Source: a bacterium (GTDB lineage Bacteria > UBA8248). From it: DNA of 64,000 nt. Numbering within the stretch: the stretch's first letter is position 1; each line of letters opens with the position of its first letter. The notes below the pieces were generated by a model. That model saw nothing but the letters and a program-made list of their open reading frames with translations. It did no database searches and was not told where the DNA came from. Below are positions 52,333 to 61,689 of the stretch, piece by piece. A program made the position numbers and the translations under genes. The DNA is taken from positions 3,424,001-3,488,000 of the forward strand of contig CBDBZU010000004.1 in NCBI GenBank assembly GCA_965213625.1, written 5' to 3'.

Positions 52333-53345
52333 GATACCTGAGCACGCTATACGTGCGCAGTCACAGGGCGAGGGTTGGGCACCGGCGGGGCTCGCTCACC
52401 GTGTCTCGGCCCGAAGGCAGACAACGTGTCCCGCTGGAGGGTATCGATGCTGTTGTGGTGCTCGGCGGCGCGCAGATGACCATGCAAGCGATCGATGCCT
52501 GCGTGGGGCGGGGCGTCCGCGTGGCGGTGTTGCGGCGTAATGGCGCGGTTCGCTTCGTCGTCAATGGGGCAACCGGAGGTAACGTGCATCTACGCATGGC
52601 CCTCTTTCAGGTCATTGCAGACGACTCCCGTGCGCTTGCCATAGCCAAGGCCATAGTGGGCGCCAAGCTGCAAAACAGTGCGAGGGTTGTGGGCAGGTGG
52701 TCGCGGGATGAAAAGGACAGTGCACGGAGCAGTGCCCTCGCGGACCGCGCTGAGCAGATCCGATCGCGGATTCCTCGCCTGAAGGACGTACAAACTGCGG
52801 ACCATGTGCGCGGGATTGAAGGGGACGCGGCAAGGATTTACTTCGGGGCAATGGGACGTGCAGTCGACTCGGTCGAACTGGGATTTTCCACAAGGACTCG
52901 ACGACCGCCGCGCGACCCAATCAACGCGATGCTTGGCTTCTGCTACAGCATGCTTGTCACGGAGTGCATCGGTGCCCTTGAAAGCGTGGGGCTCGACTAT
53001 CAGATGGGATTCTTCCACCGCCCTCGTTCCGGTCGTCCCTCGCTCGCCCTTGACCTCGTAGAGGAACTGCGCGCGTTGACAGACCGTTTCGTGGTGTCGA
53101 TGGTGCGCCGGCGACAGGTGAGTCAAGACAGCTTCCAGACCGTGCCCGGTGGGGCGGTGTATCTGACCGAAGACGGCAGGGAGTCGTTGATCAACGCATG
53201 GGAGGCCCACAAGGAGACCGAGGTGCCCCACCGAATCCTAGGGCAGAAGATCGGTCGTTGGGCGCTGCCGTCGGTCCAGGCAACGCTTCTCGCGCGCCAC
53301 TTGCGTGGAGACTTGCCAGCGTACCCGCCGTTCGTTCTGGCCTGA
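52329..53345 (+). CDS. cas1: Cas1
   Basis: RGIEGDAARIYF, RRPPRDPINAMLGFCY, GFFH, SLALDLVEELR. Confidence 0.96.
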   Translation: MRYLSTLYVRSHRARVGHRRGSLTVSRPEGRQRVPLEGIDAVVVLGGAQMTMQAIDACVGRGVRVAVLRRNGAVRFVVNGATGGNVHLRMALFQVIADDSRALAIAKAIVGAKLQNSARVVGRWSRDEKDSARSSALADRAEQIRSRIPRLKDVQTADHVRGIEGDAARIYFGAMGRAVDSVELGFSTRTRRPPRDPINAMLGFCYSMLVTECIGALESVGLDYQMGFFHRPRSGRPSLALDLVEELRALTDRFVVSMVRRRQVSQDSFQTVPGGAVYLTEDGRESLINAWEAHKETEVPHRILGQKIGRWALPSVQATLLARHLRGDLPAYPPFVLA

Positions 53346-53349
53346 TCAC

Positions 53350-53640
53350 ATGGACGTCCTCGTCACCTACGACATTGCGGACACCGAGACGACCGGCGCT
53401 TCTCGACTTCGGCGCATCGCGGACGTTTGTGAAAAGTACGGACAACGAGTGCAGTACTCAGTCTTCGAGTGCAGGCTCTCGAAGACACGGTTGACCCGAA
53501 TGATCGGTGAAGTCCGCGATATTATTGAGCACGATGTCGACTCGGTAATCATCTACTGGTTCCCCAGAGGAGTCGAGAATGCCACGCTGCGGCTGGGGCG
53601 AGATGGAACTCACATACTCGGCAAGCCCTGGCTGCTGTGA
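53350..53640 (+). CDS. cas2: Cas2
   Basis: VLVTYDI, RLRRIADVCEKYGQRVQYSVFEC. Confidence 0.96.
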   Translation: MDVLVTYDIADTETTGASRLRRIADVCEKYGQRVQYSVFECRLSKTRLTRMIGEVRDIIEHDVDSVIIYWFPRGVENATLRLGRDGTHILGKPWLL

Positions 53641-53821
53641 CGTCGTGCGAACCTTCGGTGATATTCTCGTCAGCGAGCCAGAAGCTGCTTGAAACGGCCA
53701 ATCAATGAGCTTTTGTGTCGTGTCTTGACCAACAGTGGTGCGCTTTGCATACCTTGGGACAGAAAAAACAACGATTCCGGTTGGCAAACGGTCGCTGCAG
53801 GCGCGATTCCGAACATTAGGG
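53641..53821 (+). promoter_or_regulatory. CRISPR leader
   Basis: Lower-GC non-coding segment between cas2 and the first repeat. Confidence 0.7.
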
Positions 53822-54224
53822 GTTGTAGCCGGGGTCATACTCCGGCCTTCGTTGAGCGAGCCGAGGCGTCGCTAGTAGCCATTTGAAACGTGAAGTTGTA
53901 GCCGGGGTCATACTCCGGCCTTCGTTGAGCGTGGACTCAAGGGCTTGCGTGGCGACCAAGGTTTGGCCGTTGTAGCCGGGGTCATACTCCGGCCTTCGTT
54001 GAGCGGTGCCCAAGGAACCGACGCCAGCCATGGAACTCGGGTTGTAGCCGGGGTCATACTCCGGCCTTCGTTGAGCGGTATCCTTCGGAAACGGCGACAA
54101 TTTTTCCGTTTCTTGTTGTAGCCGGGGTCATACTCCGGCCTTCGTTGAGCGTTCTGGACGACCGCTAACTCTTGACACTATTGCAGGGTTGTAGCCGGGG
54201 TCATACTCCGGCCTTCGTTGAGCG
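53822..54224 (+). CRISPR. CRISPR array: 6 identical 37-nt repeats GTTGTAGCCGGGGTCATACTCCGGCCTTCGTTGAGCG, 5 spacers (36, 37, 35, 37, 36 nt), and a probable sixth spacer cut by IS21
   Basis: Repeats start at 53822, 53895, 53969, 54041, 54115 and 54188; hairpin GCCGGGG/CTCCGGC. Confidence 0.98.
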
Positions 54225-54258
54225 CCATGTGTGTTACCTCTCGGTTGTCGGGCGGATC

Positions 54259-54540
54259 TGTCACTACTGAAGTAATACTCCCCATTTCTGCCGAAGGAAA
54301 AATCCCCAGTTGCTGATGATGGTGATCGGGTTGTCAAGGCAACCGGATCGCATGAGCATGGAGCTTTTTCAGCAACGAGGACGGCGCTTTGGTAGTCAGT
54401 GGAGAGGTATTGATGATTCATCAGTTGCGTAAGGAAGGTCTGTCGATCTCAACGATTGCCCGGCGCGTGCGCCTGGATCGAAAGACGGTCCGCAAGTATC
54501 TCAAGGCGGGATAGACGGTGCCGTCGTATGGTCCGCAAGC
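54259..54540 (+). mobile_element. istA: IS21-family remnant: left end plus istA N-terminal fragment
   Basis: TGTCACTACTGAAGTAATACTCCCCA resembles the reverse complement of the 45135-45160 end, with a second repeat at 54289-54308; MIHQLRKEGLSISTIARRVRLDRKTVRKYL. Confidence 0.88.
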
Positions 54541-55061
54541 CGCAGTTCGTAGAGTTTCTGAAGGTTGAGCCAGAACTCCCCCGAGGCGCCGAAGAAGCGC
54601 CCAAGCGCAATGCCGTATCGCCGGTGATCGAGCGCCTGCCGTTCAGTATCTCGGTAATGCGGTTCACCGGCACCTCGATGCGCAGCGCGAGCTCTGTCGC
54701 GCTCATGCCGAGCGCAACGAGATCCTCGCGCAGTGCCTCGCCGGGATGGATGGGGTCGCGCATGATTCATCTCCTCGAATTAATGGTAGTCCACGATTTC
54801 CACTTGGGTCGGGCCAGGACTTCCTTCCGGCCACTTTATGCAAATCCGCCATTGATCGTTAATGCGGATGCTCCACTACCCCTTGCGGCGGCCCTTGAGT
54901 GCCTCCAGGTGGTTGTCGGGCCTCAACAGATCGCCCAGGCTTGTGGCCGCGTTAAACTGATCGAGCTTGCGCGATGCGGTCCGGGCGAACTTGGAAAACG
55001 CCGCGATCCGGCGACCCTCGTAGAACGCTTCGGTTTTCCTGCCTGAGAAGCCGACGCTCAC
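54540..55061 (-). pseudogene. Second higB-higA pair, both disrupted
   Basis: higB 55061-54780 with an in-frame TAG in KG*WSIRINDQWRI...VEIVDYH; higA from 54763 (IHPGE...GDTALRLG) is frameshifted and truncated. Confidence 0.85.
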
Positions 55062-55459
55062 AACGCTTCCGTTCCCGGAGCAACCGCATCGGCTTCACAC
55101 TGGCGAAGACATCCGCATTACGTCAGGCATAACGCATTTTGCTTCGCCGCCCGGCTTCGGGACGCGAAGAGGGCGAGTCCGGCCGGAAGCGGGGCGGCGG
55201 GCGGCCCTCCGAGGGGCGTTGCCGCCGTTCCCTTTCACCTGACTAAAGGAGCACGGCACGATGCAGGCGGCACTCGCACCGCGCGGCGACGCGCGCACCT
55301 TTCTCCCCATTTCTACGGCAGCGGTCTTGTTGACAACCGCTATGTCATCCAGAGGTATCTGTCCCAGGCCAACGGCGACAGAGTTACTGTAGGGGCCGAC
55401 GGAACTCGGCCGCAGGGCCGGCGGAATTTGAACGGCTACCATATAATTCCCCTTACGAT

Positions 55460-56176
55460 TTGTCCGAGAGTGATGCGAAATTCATCTTGCAAGCAAACGA
55501 CTTCTTTCAGGGTGAACCTTTGGTGGAATTTTTATCGGCGCTACATGGTACGGGTACGACAGATGCATTAGACTGGATTAAATCAGTAGAGCGACGACCA
55601 CGTTATCGGTCACGGCTACCAGTGGCGAAGCATTTGCGGGATGCACTTTCATCGTTTCGTGCAATTCGAGAAGGTGAGAGAGCTTGGGCAAGAGGATATC
55701 GGTGAGCCAGGGCTGCGCGTCAAGAACTGAATCTGAAGGGAAGCGACCGTTTAGCTTCCGGGGAGGAACTCGCTGACCGTCTTGAGGCGTCAAAATTTGA
55801 ATCGGCGCCGACATTTCTAGGGCTGTGTGCTCTCGTAAATTCGAAAGACAATAATGTCAACATACACCTTTCTAACACCGTTACACAGCAAGGCAAGACT
55901 GCGTGGATTTTCGGCTTCGGACGAGCTCTCGGTGAAGTGGTTGCTAATCCACCTGCGCCAAGAGTTGTCGTCAATGACCTCCGGGACGCGTCGCGGCAGG
56001 CAGCCAACCGAGCCTTTGCTGCGGAGTTTCTTGCTCCAGTCAACGAAATTCTTGCCATGCACGAAGATTCGATGGACATCAGCGCAATTGCGGTAGAGTT
56101 TGGAGTTTCGGATCAGGTCGTAATGCGCCAAATTGAGAACTCTCATAACATTAAGTGGGCGTGCAGTACTGGATGA
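55460..56176 (+). pseudogene. ImmA/IrrE-family (DUF955) protein remnant
   Basis: RQAANRAFAAEFLAP...IAVEFGVSDQVVMRQIEN in the last fragment; upstream frames are broken. Confidence 0.6.
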
Positions 56177-56428
56177 GATGGAGTGGAAGAATACCCACAC
56201 CTGCATATAGTGCATTGATGTGGCCTTGAATTGGAGCAGGTTTAAAACCGTATTGACATGCCGCAAGGCTTGATCGCTTGAATACCTCTGCAATTTCTTC
56301 CCTGTTTCAGGCCATTTTCACTTTGTAGATCATCGTATGTTAATCCCTTTGCTACAGAAATGCCGCAGGTTTGACTATTACCCTCCTTGAGAGGGACGCT
56401 CGGGCAGGAGATGCAAGAGGGTATTATC

Positions 56429-56815
56429 TCATATTGAAGTATCGTTCAGGAACACAGCCTGGGACTCGCGAGCGTCTTTCATGATCCGGTCGAGGTCGTC
56501 CTTGCGTCCTTCCCGTACCAATTCATCCCGCTTCAGCGTGGAAAGGAGGTAAACCCCGCGATAGATACGCTCGATCTGCGCAGAGATTCCGGATGGTATC
56601 GGGCCGGAATCAGCGCCGGTTTCTTCTCCGGCGAGCGCCAACGCGGCGTTGCGAATGAACTCGGCAGCAGTGACTCCGCTCCGCCTGGCGGCGATTTCGA
56701 CCCGTTCCCATTCGGTATCGGAGAAGCGGATGGTCCTCGACATGCGCGCGTGGCTTTGTTTTTCTTCTGTGCCGGCATCGTCTCCGGTCGGTTTTTGGTC
56801 GATTCCGCTCATCAT
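56429..56815 (-). CDS. Ribbon-helix-helix protein next to oriT; candidate relaxosome accessory factor
   Basis: RTIRFSDTEWERVEIAARRSGVTAAEFIRNAA; GGAGG RBS; transcribed away from nic, like F traM. Confidence 0.75.
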   Translation of the reverse strand: MMSGIDQKPTGDDAGTEEKQSHARMSRTIRFSDTEWERVEIAARRSGVTAAEFIRNAALALAGEETGADSGPIPSGISAQIERIYRGVYLLSTLKRDELVREGRKDDLDRIMKDARESQAVFLNDTSI

Positions 56816-57108
56816 TTCTTATCCTCCATGCACATGGTTCGGACCTTAAATCGATAGAGTCCGGACCGTGAAACGGCTGGCTACAGCGTTCCTTGCGGCC
56901 CGGGCGGCGAATGCCGATCAGCATACATGGAGGAGGGGCGCTGTTTCCAGCGAATGTCGATTGACATTCGCGAGGTGCGAAGTAAAGGGATTTCAAAGAG
57001 ATATGGGCGAATGCCGATCGACACTCGCTCTCCCAACAAAGACGGGGCGGTATTTGACGGCGTTTGAGCAAGTGACTGTATGCCTGGTGCGCGCTTGATC
57101 TGCGCCCT

Positions 57109-57130
57109 GCAGCCCGCTGCGTGGGGTGTG
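57109..57130 (+). other. Putative oriT nic site (MOBF/F-like)
   Basis: Hairpin GCAGC-CC-GCTGC followed by GTGGGGTGT^G. TGCGTGGGGTGTG (57118-57130) equals the F-plasmid nic core. Confidence 0.75.
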
Positions 57131-57518
57131 TAACCCGAAGCGCCGAAGGGCGGCTAATTATGCCGTTATCCGGCGAAGCGTCATCGGCGGTAATGGCCGA
57201 TGCATGAACGCTTTGGAGCCAACGCGGCGATTGAGCGAGATGACCGGGCGCGACCACGGGACGCGTACCGTGTCCTCTTCCCGTGAACAGGGGTAACAAA
57301 AGCAGGCGTGAGTCGCAAGGGAGCGGGTGAGTTTTTCACACGCCGCGCACCGCGGGACTCAGGTGAGCGGCATGTGGTTTCACGCGTTACCTTTACGCAA
57401 CGTGGAGAGGTTCACAAGTTACCCGCTCGTCAGGGAGCGGGCGGTCGTGAGTGGAGGAAGGCTTGTTCGGAGGGAAAAGGGCCGCGCCGCCTGTCGACGC
57501 GACCCGTGGAGTGCCACA

Positions 57519-58439
57519 TCAGGCGGTGATTCTCTGGACGGGAATGCCGAGCGCCCGGGCCTTGTCGACGAGGTTGTCGGTGATGCCCGAACCCGGGAAG
57601 GCGATCACGCCCTTGGGCAGGAGTGCGAGGAGTTCGTCGTTGCGCCGGAAAGGAGCGGCCCGTCCATGCGCCTCCCAGTCCGGCTTGCATACCACCTGGT
57701 GAACGCCGTTGCGCTCGGCCCATCCCGCCGCGATTTTCTCAGCGCCGGGGCCGCCGCCGTGGACGAGGACGACGTCGGCGTACTTGGCCTTGACCTTGTC
57801 GAGGTGGCCGATGATTATGCCCGCATCGCTCGCCTCCTTTCCTCCCGCGACGGCGACGAGGGTTCCCTGGGGGAGGTGGGAGGTGTTCGCGCGGTCCTTG
57901 CGCGCCCGCTGGAAGTCGCGCGCCTCGATCACGGCGGAGGTGAGCTTGCCGGTCTGGCTGACGTGCGAGCCTCGCCTCGGCCGCCATACCTCGCCGGTCT
58001 CGATGCGGTAGGCCTCTGCGGCCGTGTCCCTGAGCCCCTCGAACGCATCGCGCCTGTCATTCAGGTTCTGGGCGTGGTCGGTCTTGAGTTCGAGTTCGCG
58101 CGATCTGATCTCGGAGCCGTCCTGCTCGCGCTGGAGTTCGCGGACCCCGGGGATGAGTTTGTCGGCGGCGCGGTCGAGCCGCTGTGTCTGGGCGTCTAAG
58201 GCGTTGACGAACCCCCACAGGAGGCTCGCCCGCTCATCCGCAAGCTGCGTTCCGTCAGGCGCAGCTTCTGCGAGTGCGCCGAAGGCCCTGATGACGGCGG
58301 CGGTTGCCTCGCCCTCGTCCCACACGGGGCGGTTGTCGAACTCGTCCGGCCCCGGGGTCACGCCGAACAGGGCGGCCTGCTCGCAGACCATGGCGGTGAA
58401 AGATTCGTTCCGTGCTTCGTGTTCCGTGTGCTCGTGCAT
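57519..58439 (-). CDS. DUF2493 (SLOG/YspA-like) domain protein
   Basis: C-terminal VAVAGG...LVHGGGPGAEKIAAGWA...AAPFRRN...AFPGSG; AAGGAG RBS. Confidence 0.82.
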   Translation of the reverse strand: MHEHTEHEARNESFTAMVCEQAALFGVTPGPDEFDNRPVWDEGEATAAVIRAFGALAEAAPDGTQLADERASLLWGFVNALDAQTQRLDRAADKLIPGVRELQREQDGSEIRSRELELKTDHAQNLNDRRDAFEGLRDTAAEAYRIETGEVWRPRRGSHVSQTGKLTSAVIEARDFQRARKDRANTSHLPQGTLVAVAGGKEASDAGIIIGHLDKVKAKYADVVLVHGGGPGAEKIAAGWAERNGVHQVVCKPDWEAHGRAAPFRRNDELLALLPKGVIAFPGSGITDNLVDKARALGIPVQRITA

Positions 58440-58493
58440 GATGCTCTCCTTGTGGTCGTGTGTAGCGGTCATCGTTCACTCCTTTGGTTGTCC

Positions 58494-58865
58494 TCAAGCG
58501 AGGGGATGGTTGAATTCAGGAAGAGCGTAGCCACGCTCGTTGCGCCCCACTTCTTTGGGCATCTCGTCGAGATATTTGTCTGCCCACTCGGCGGCGCGCG
58601 CGAGGACGTCGCCGTGGCACGGAAGAGGATGGCAGTGGCAGCCGAGCTCGCAGCCAAGAAGGTCGGCGAGTTCGTAGAGGTCCAGCTCCTCGCGCCGGAT
58701 TTTTCCCCACAGCCATTGCCGGTATTTTTCGATGACGGCTTCTCTGTCGCCGTCCTGTCCGACGCGGAAGGGATTTCCCCACTTCGTCATGCGGTCGATC
58801 CTCACCATCAAGCCGCTGCCGAGTTCATCGACATAGTCGTTCAGGTTCACCACGGTGGTTTCCAT
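58494..58865 (-). CDS. DUF4326 family protein
   Basis: IDRMTKWGNPF...LGCHCHPLPCHGDVL. Confidence 0.85.
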   Translation of the reverse strand: METTVVNLNDYVDELGSGLMVRIDRMTKWGNPFRVGQDGDREAVIEKYRQWLWGKIRREELDLYELADLLGCELGCHCHPLPCHGDVLARAAEWADKYLDEMPKEVGRNERGYALPEFNHPLA

Positions 58866-58919
58866 GCCTTACTCCTTTCCAGAGAGTTAACGGATGCGCT
58901 TCTTGCGTCCCATTTTCAG

Positions 58920-59330
58920 CACGTAAGGGCGCCGGTCGGTGTATCCGGCGCCCGCAGGCGGGCGAATCAAGGGCTCGTCATTTTCCGGGGGGTTCCCGAA
59001 AAACACGCTTCATCGTTTTTTGGGGGGTACCGGCAAATGATGGCCGCTTGCGGCCACCCTTTATTCGCCCGGCGTTCGTGCTAAAATGAGGACGCCAAGA
59101 GAGAGACAGTTGATTCGCCACCGGGACACAAGAGTTTTTGGGTGTTTCACGATGAAGGCGAAGCTCATCGGGAAACAATCTCTCATGCTGCGGAGAGGGT
59201 CATTCCGGGCCGTTATTCGGCCCGGAATTCCCGCAGCGGGGGGTGGATTGAGCCACTGTTCAGGGATGTGGTGATTGCAGGCGCATGCCGATCTTCCGTG
59301 AACATGGTTTATCGTTCACGGAACCGGAAG
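58920..59330 (+). promoter_or_regulatory. Hairpin-rich non-coding segment; candidate ssDNA promoter (Frpo-like) or single-strand initiation signal
   Basis: Nested IRs GGCGAATCAA/TTGATTCGCC and TCATTTT/AAAATGA, plus at least four local hairpins. Confidence 0.45.
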
Positions 59331-59422
59331 TTTACCGGGTGTTCCCGGTAGAGGAGAGGGCCGGCAGGACGGGAAAGGCGCGGCGCTTCGGCGGTGGACT
59401 TCCTCCGGACAACGGGCATAAG

Positions 59423-59458
59423 AAAAGGGGTCGACGCGCGTGATGGCGCCGACCCCTT
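59423..59458 (-). terminator. Rho-independent terminator after ssb
   Basis: AAGGGGTCG...CGACCCCTT stem with a T-rich tail on the minus strand. Confidence 0.7.
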
Positions 59459-59464
59459 GTGAGC

Positions 59465-59884
59465 CTAGAACTTGATGTCGTCCTCCTCGCCCCCGACCCC
59501 TGCGACGACGGGCGCGCCGTTTTCGTTTCCGTTCACCTTGTCGAGGAACTGGATTTTCCCGCCCGGAGCGATGAGTATCTCGGTGGAGAAGCGCTCCGAA
59601 TCCTCCTCATCCTTCTTCCAGCGGCGGGTCTGGAGCTTGCCCGCGACATATACCAGGCGGCCCTTCTTCGCGTGGCGTTCGAGCATGTCCACCAGGCCGG
59701 GCTGGAAGGTCACGACCCGGTGCCATTCCGTTTTGTCGATACGGTCGCCGGATTGCCTGTCCACGTACCCCTCATCAGTGGCAATCGATATGTTGGCGAC
59801 GCGTCCCCCGCTCGCGAGATGGTTGATGGTGACGTCGGTGCCGAGACGCCCGATCAGTTCCGCACGGTTCAGTCCGAATGCCAT
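59465..59884 (-). CDS. ssb: Single-stranded DNA-binding protein
   Basis: LNRAELIGRLG, TEWHRVV, GKLQTRRW, acidic tail EEDDIKF; AAGGAG RBS. Confidence 0.95.
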   Translation of the reverse strand: MAFGLNRAELIGRLGTDVTINHLASGGRVANISIATDEGYVDRQSGDRIDKTEWHRVVTFQPGLVDMLERHAKKGRLVYVAGKLQTRRWKKDEEDSERFSTEILIAPGGKIQFLDKVNGNENGAPVVAGVGGEEDDIKF

Positions 59885-59963
59885 TTTGATACTCCTTGTA
59901 GTGTGGGGTGAATGATAAAGTCGAGGAGCCGGGAATCCTCTCTCCCCGGCCCCCCGGTTCGCC

Positions 59964-60098
59964 CTATACGCCAATCAACTCATCCGACTCCTCTTTCGCC
60001 TCGGTGCGGATGACTCGGATCGTGTAGGCGCCCAGTCCGATCTCGACGAGCAGTTCGTCACTGGTGAACATCTCGTAGTCGAAGTCGTTCTCGTACAT
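59964..60098 (-). CDS. 44-aa acidic protein (below the ORF-track cutoff)
   Basis: RBS AGAGGAGG; MYENDFDYEMFTSDELLVEIGLGAYTIRVIRTEAKEESDELIGV*. Confidence 0.6.
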   Translation of the reverse strand: MYENDFDYEMFTSDELLVEIGLGAYTIRVIRTEAKEESDELIGV

Positions 60099-60283
60099 GG
60101 CCGTGCCTCCTCTCGGGGTTGTCGCCGACGGCGGGAGCCTGAGACCGTCTCCCTCTCCCTGCCGGGCATTTGCCCGGCTCCCCGCTTCGCTCTCACTCTC
60201 GAGAGGAGGTCCTCACCCGGCGGGGAGCGCTCGCGGAACGCGCCTGCCCTTGCATCGGGCCCTGAATTATTGTGGGATGAGGC

Positions 60284-60664
60284 ATGGACGGACGAAGGCG
60301 CACGGGAAGATTCAGGTTCTGGTTACCGGCGCTCCTGTGGCTGCCGGCGGGGCTTCTCGCGGACGAGTTTCTGCGCACGGGCTCCGCGGAGCAGGTGGTG
60401 ACGCCCTCCTCGCTCATGGAGTTGCCGGCGGTTGCTCCGTTCGGCCTGCCGCTTGCGCTCACATGCCGGCGTTTGAATCGCTCGGGCTATCCGGGTCCCG
60501 CCCTGATGGCGTGGTTGGCCCTCGGCGCAGCCTCGGCAGGGGGTCTCTTCGGTCCGCTCCCCGTGGGCGTTCAGGCGCTCGCAGCCTGCCTTCCCGTCTG
60601 GGTTTTGACGTGGTGGCTCCCCCCCCGCCTGAAATTCGATCCGTTGTTACGGCGCCCGAAGTGA
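60284..60664 (+). CDS. Hypothetical membrane protein
   Basis: Three to four hydrophobic segments; GAGG RBS. Confidence 0.55.
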   Translation: MDGRRRTGRFRFWLPALLWLPAGLLADEFLRTGSAEQVVTPSSLMELPAVAPFGLPLALTCRRLNRSGYPGPALMAWLALGAASAGGLFGPLPVGVQALAACLPVWVLTWWLPPRLKFDPLLRRPK

Positions 60665-60826
60665 GGGAGGTCCCGCGGGCCCTTCCGCGCCGGGCGCTAA
60701 GGCCCCATCGGGTGCCTGACTACTGACGACGGGCCGGCGGCGTAGCAGGGCGGCGTCGAACCCTCCCCCCCTCCGTCGTCGGCCCGACGGCGGTACGTAC
60801 CCACGCCGTGCTGGCTCGGATGACGC

Positions 60827-61639
60827 TCACCACCCGGCGAGCCTGGATATCACGGGCGCGTCCTCGATGACTTCCACTTCCTCTCGGGAGAGCCTCTTGA
60901 AGGCGAGGTACATCGCCACCTCTTCCCAGGAGTCGAGGGGCCCGTGCTCGGCGCCCGTGGCCACTTCAACTATGGTGTAGCGCGGCGGAAAGACCGGCAT
61001 TCCCTTGTGCTCACCCGAGGAGTGGTATGATCGCACCGAGCAAGGGACGCACCTCGATGCTCCTTACGTGTCGGATGATTGGCAATCCACGCAGATTTCA
61101 AGGGCGCGCCTCTCGCGATAGCGTTTCCTGCTCGCTGCGTTCTTTCGCGGACGGCGCTTCATGTCCCTTGCGGCGCACGAAGCGCACGTCGAAGCCTTTT
61201 CGATTGCGGCGCTTCCACAACGACCGCAAAGGCCGGAGGATCTCCTTTTTTCATAAAGCTTCTTTTCCGCTGCGCGACGCGAATCCCTGCAAATTTCGCA
61301 GAGGGCGCCGCCCTCGGCGGGTTTTCGTTCACCGCAAGTCGTGCAGAGCCCGGCTTCGATACGCTCGCGCCTGCGTTTTCTCGCCCTCTCGCGCGCCATG
61401 CGCCGGCGGCTCTCGGGACAGCGCCCGCCGTATGCGGATCCCTCGAGTTTTCCCCTGGCGTATCGGGCGCGCTCGGATTTGCGTCCTCTCTCGAGGCAGT
61501 TTGCGCAAAGACTTCGTTCGGGCGCAGGCCGTCTGCGCCCGCATTTGATGCACATCCCTCGCGCTCTGCGCGATTCGGCCCTCCGCCTGTGGCGTTCGCG
61601 CTCGCATTCGCGTCGAATATCCAAATTCTTGTGGGGCAT
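60827..61639 (-). pseudogene. Arg-rich protein with four tandem CxxC-x9/10-CxxC zinc ribbons, split by an in-frame TAA (61064-61066)
   Basis: GGAGG RBS at ATG 61639; the frame continues CVDCQSSDT*GASRCVPC into the 60827-61036 ORF. Confidence 0.7.
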
Positions 61640-61689
61640 GGTTTCCTCCGAATGTCGTTCGTCTGACGGCGAGACGTCTAGCGCGGCAA

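Noticed and set aside
53859-54258. Self-targeting spacers against the portal array, tra genes or other window sequence
   Set aside because: No match found by eye. An exact two-strand alignment is needed to exclude it.
44445-54540. CRISPR-associated transposon (IstA/IstB as TnsB/TnsC analogs)
   Set aside because: No TniQ, Cas3 is intact, the transposase genes are fragments outside the cas block, and the end geometry fits two flanking IS copies rather than one element enclosing cas.
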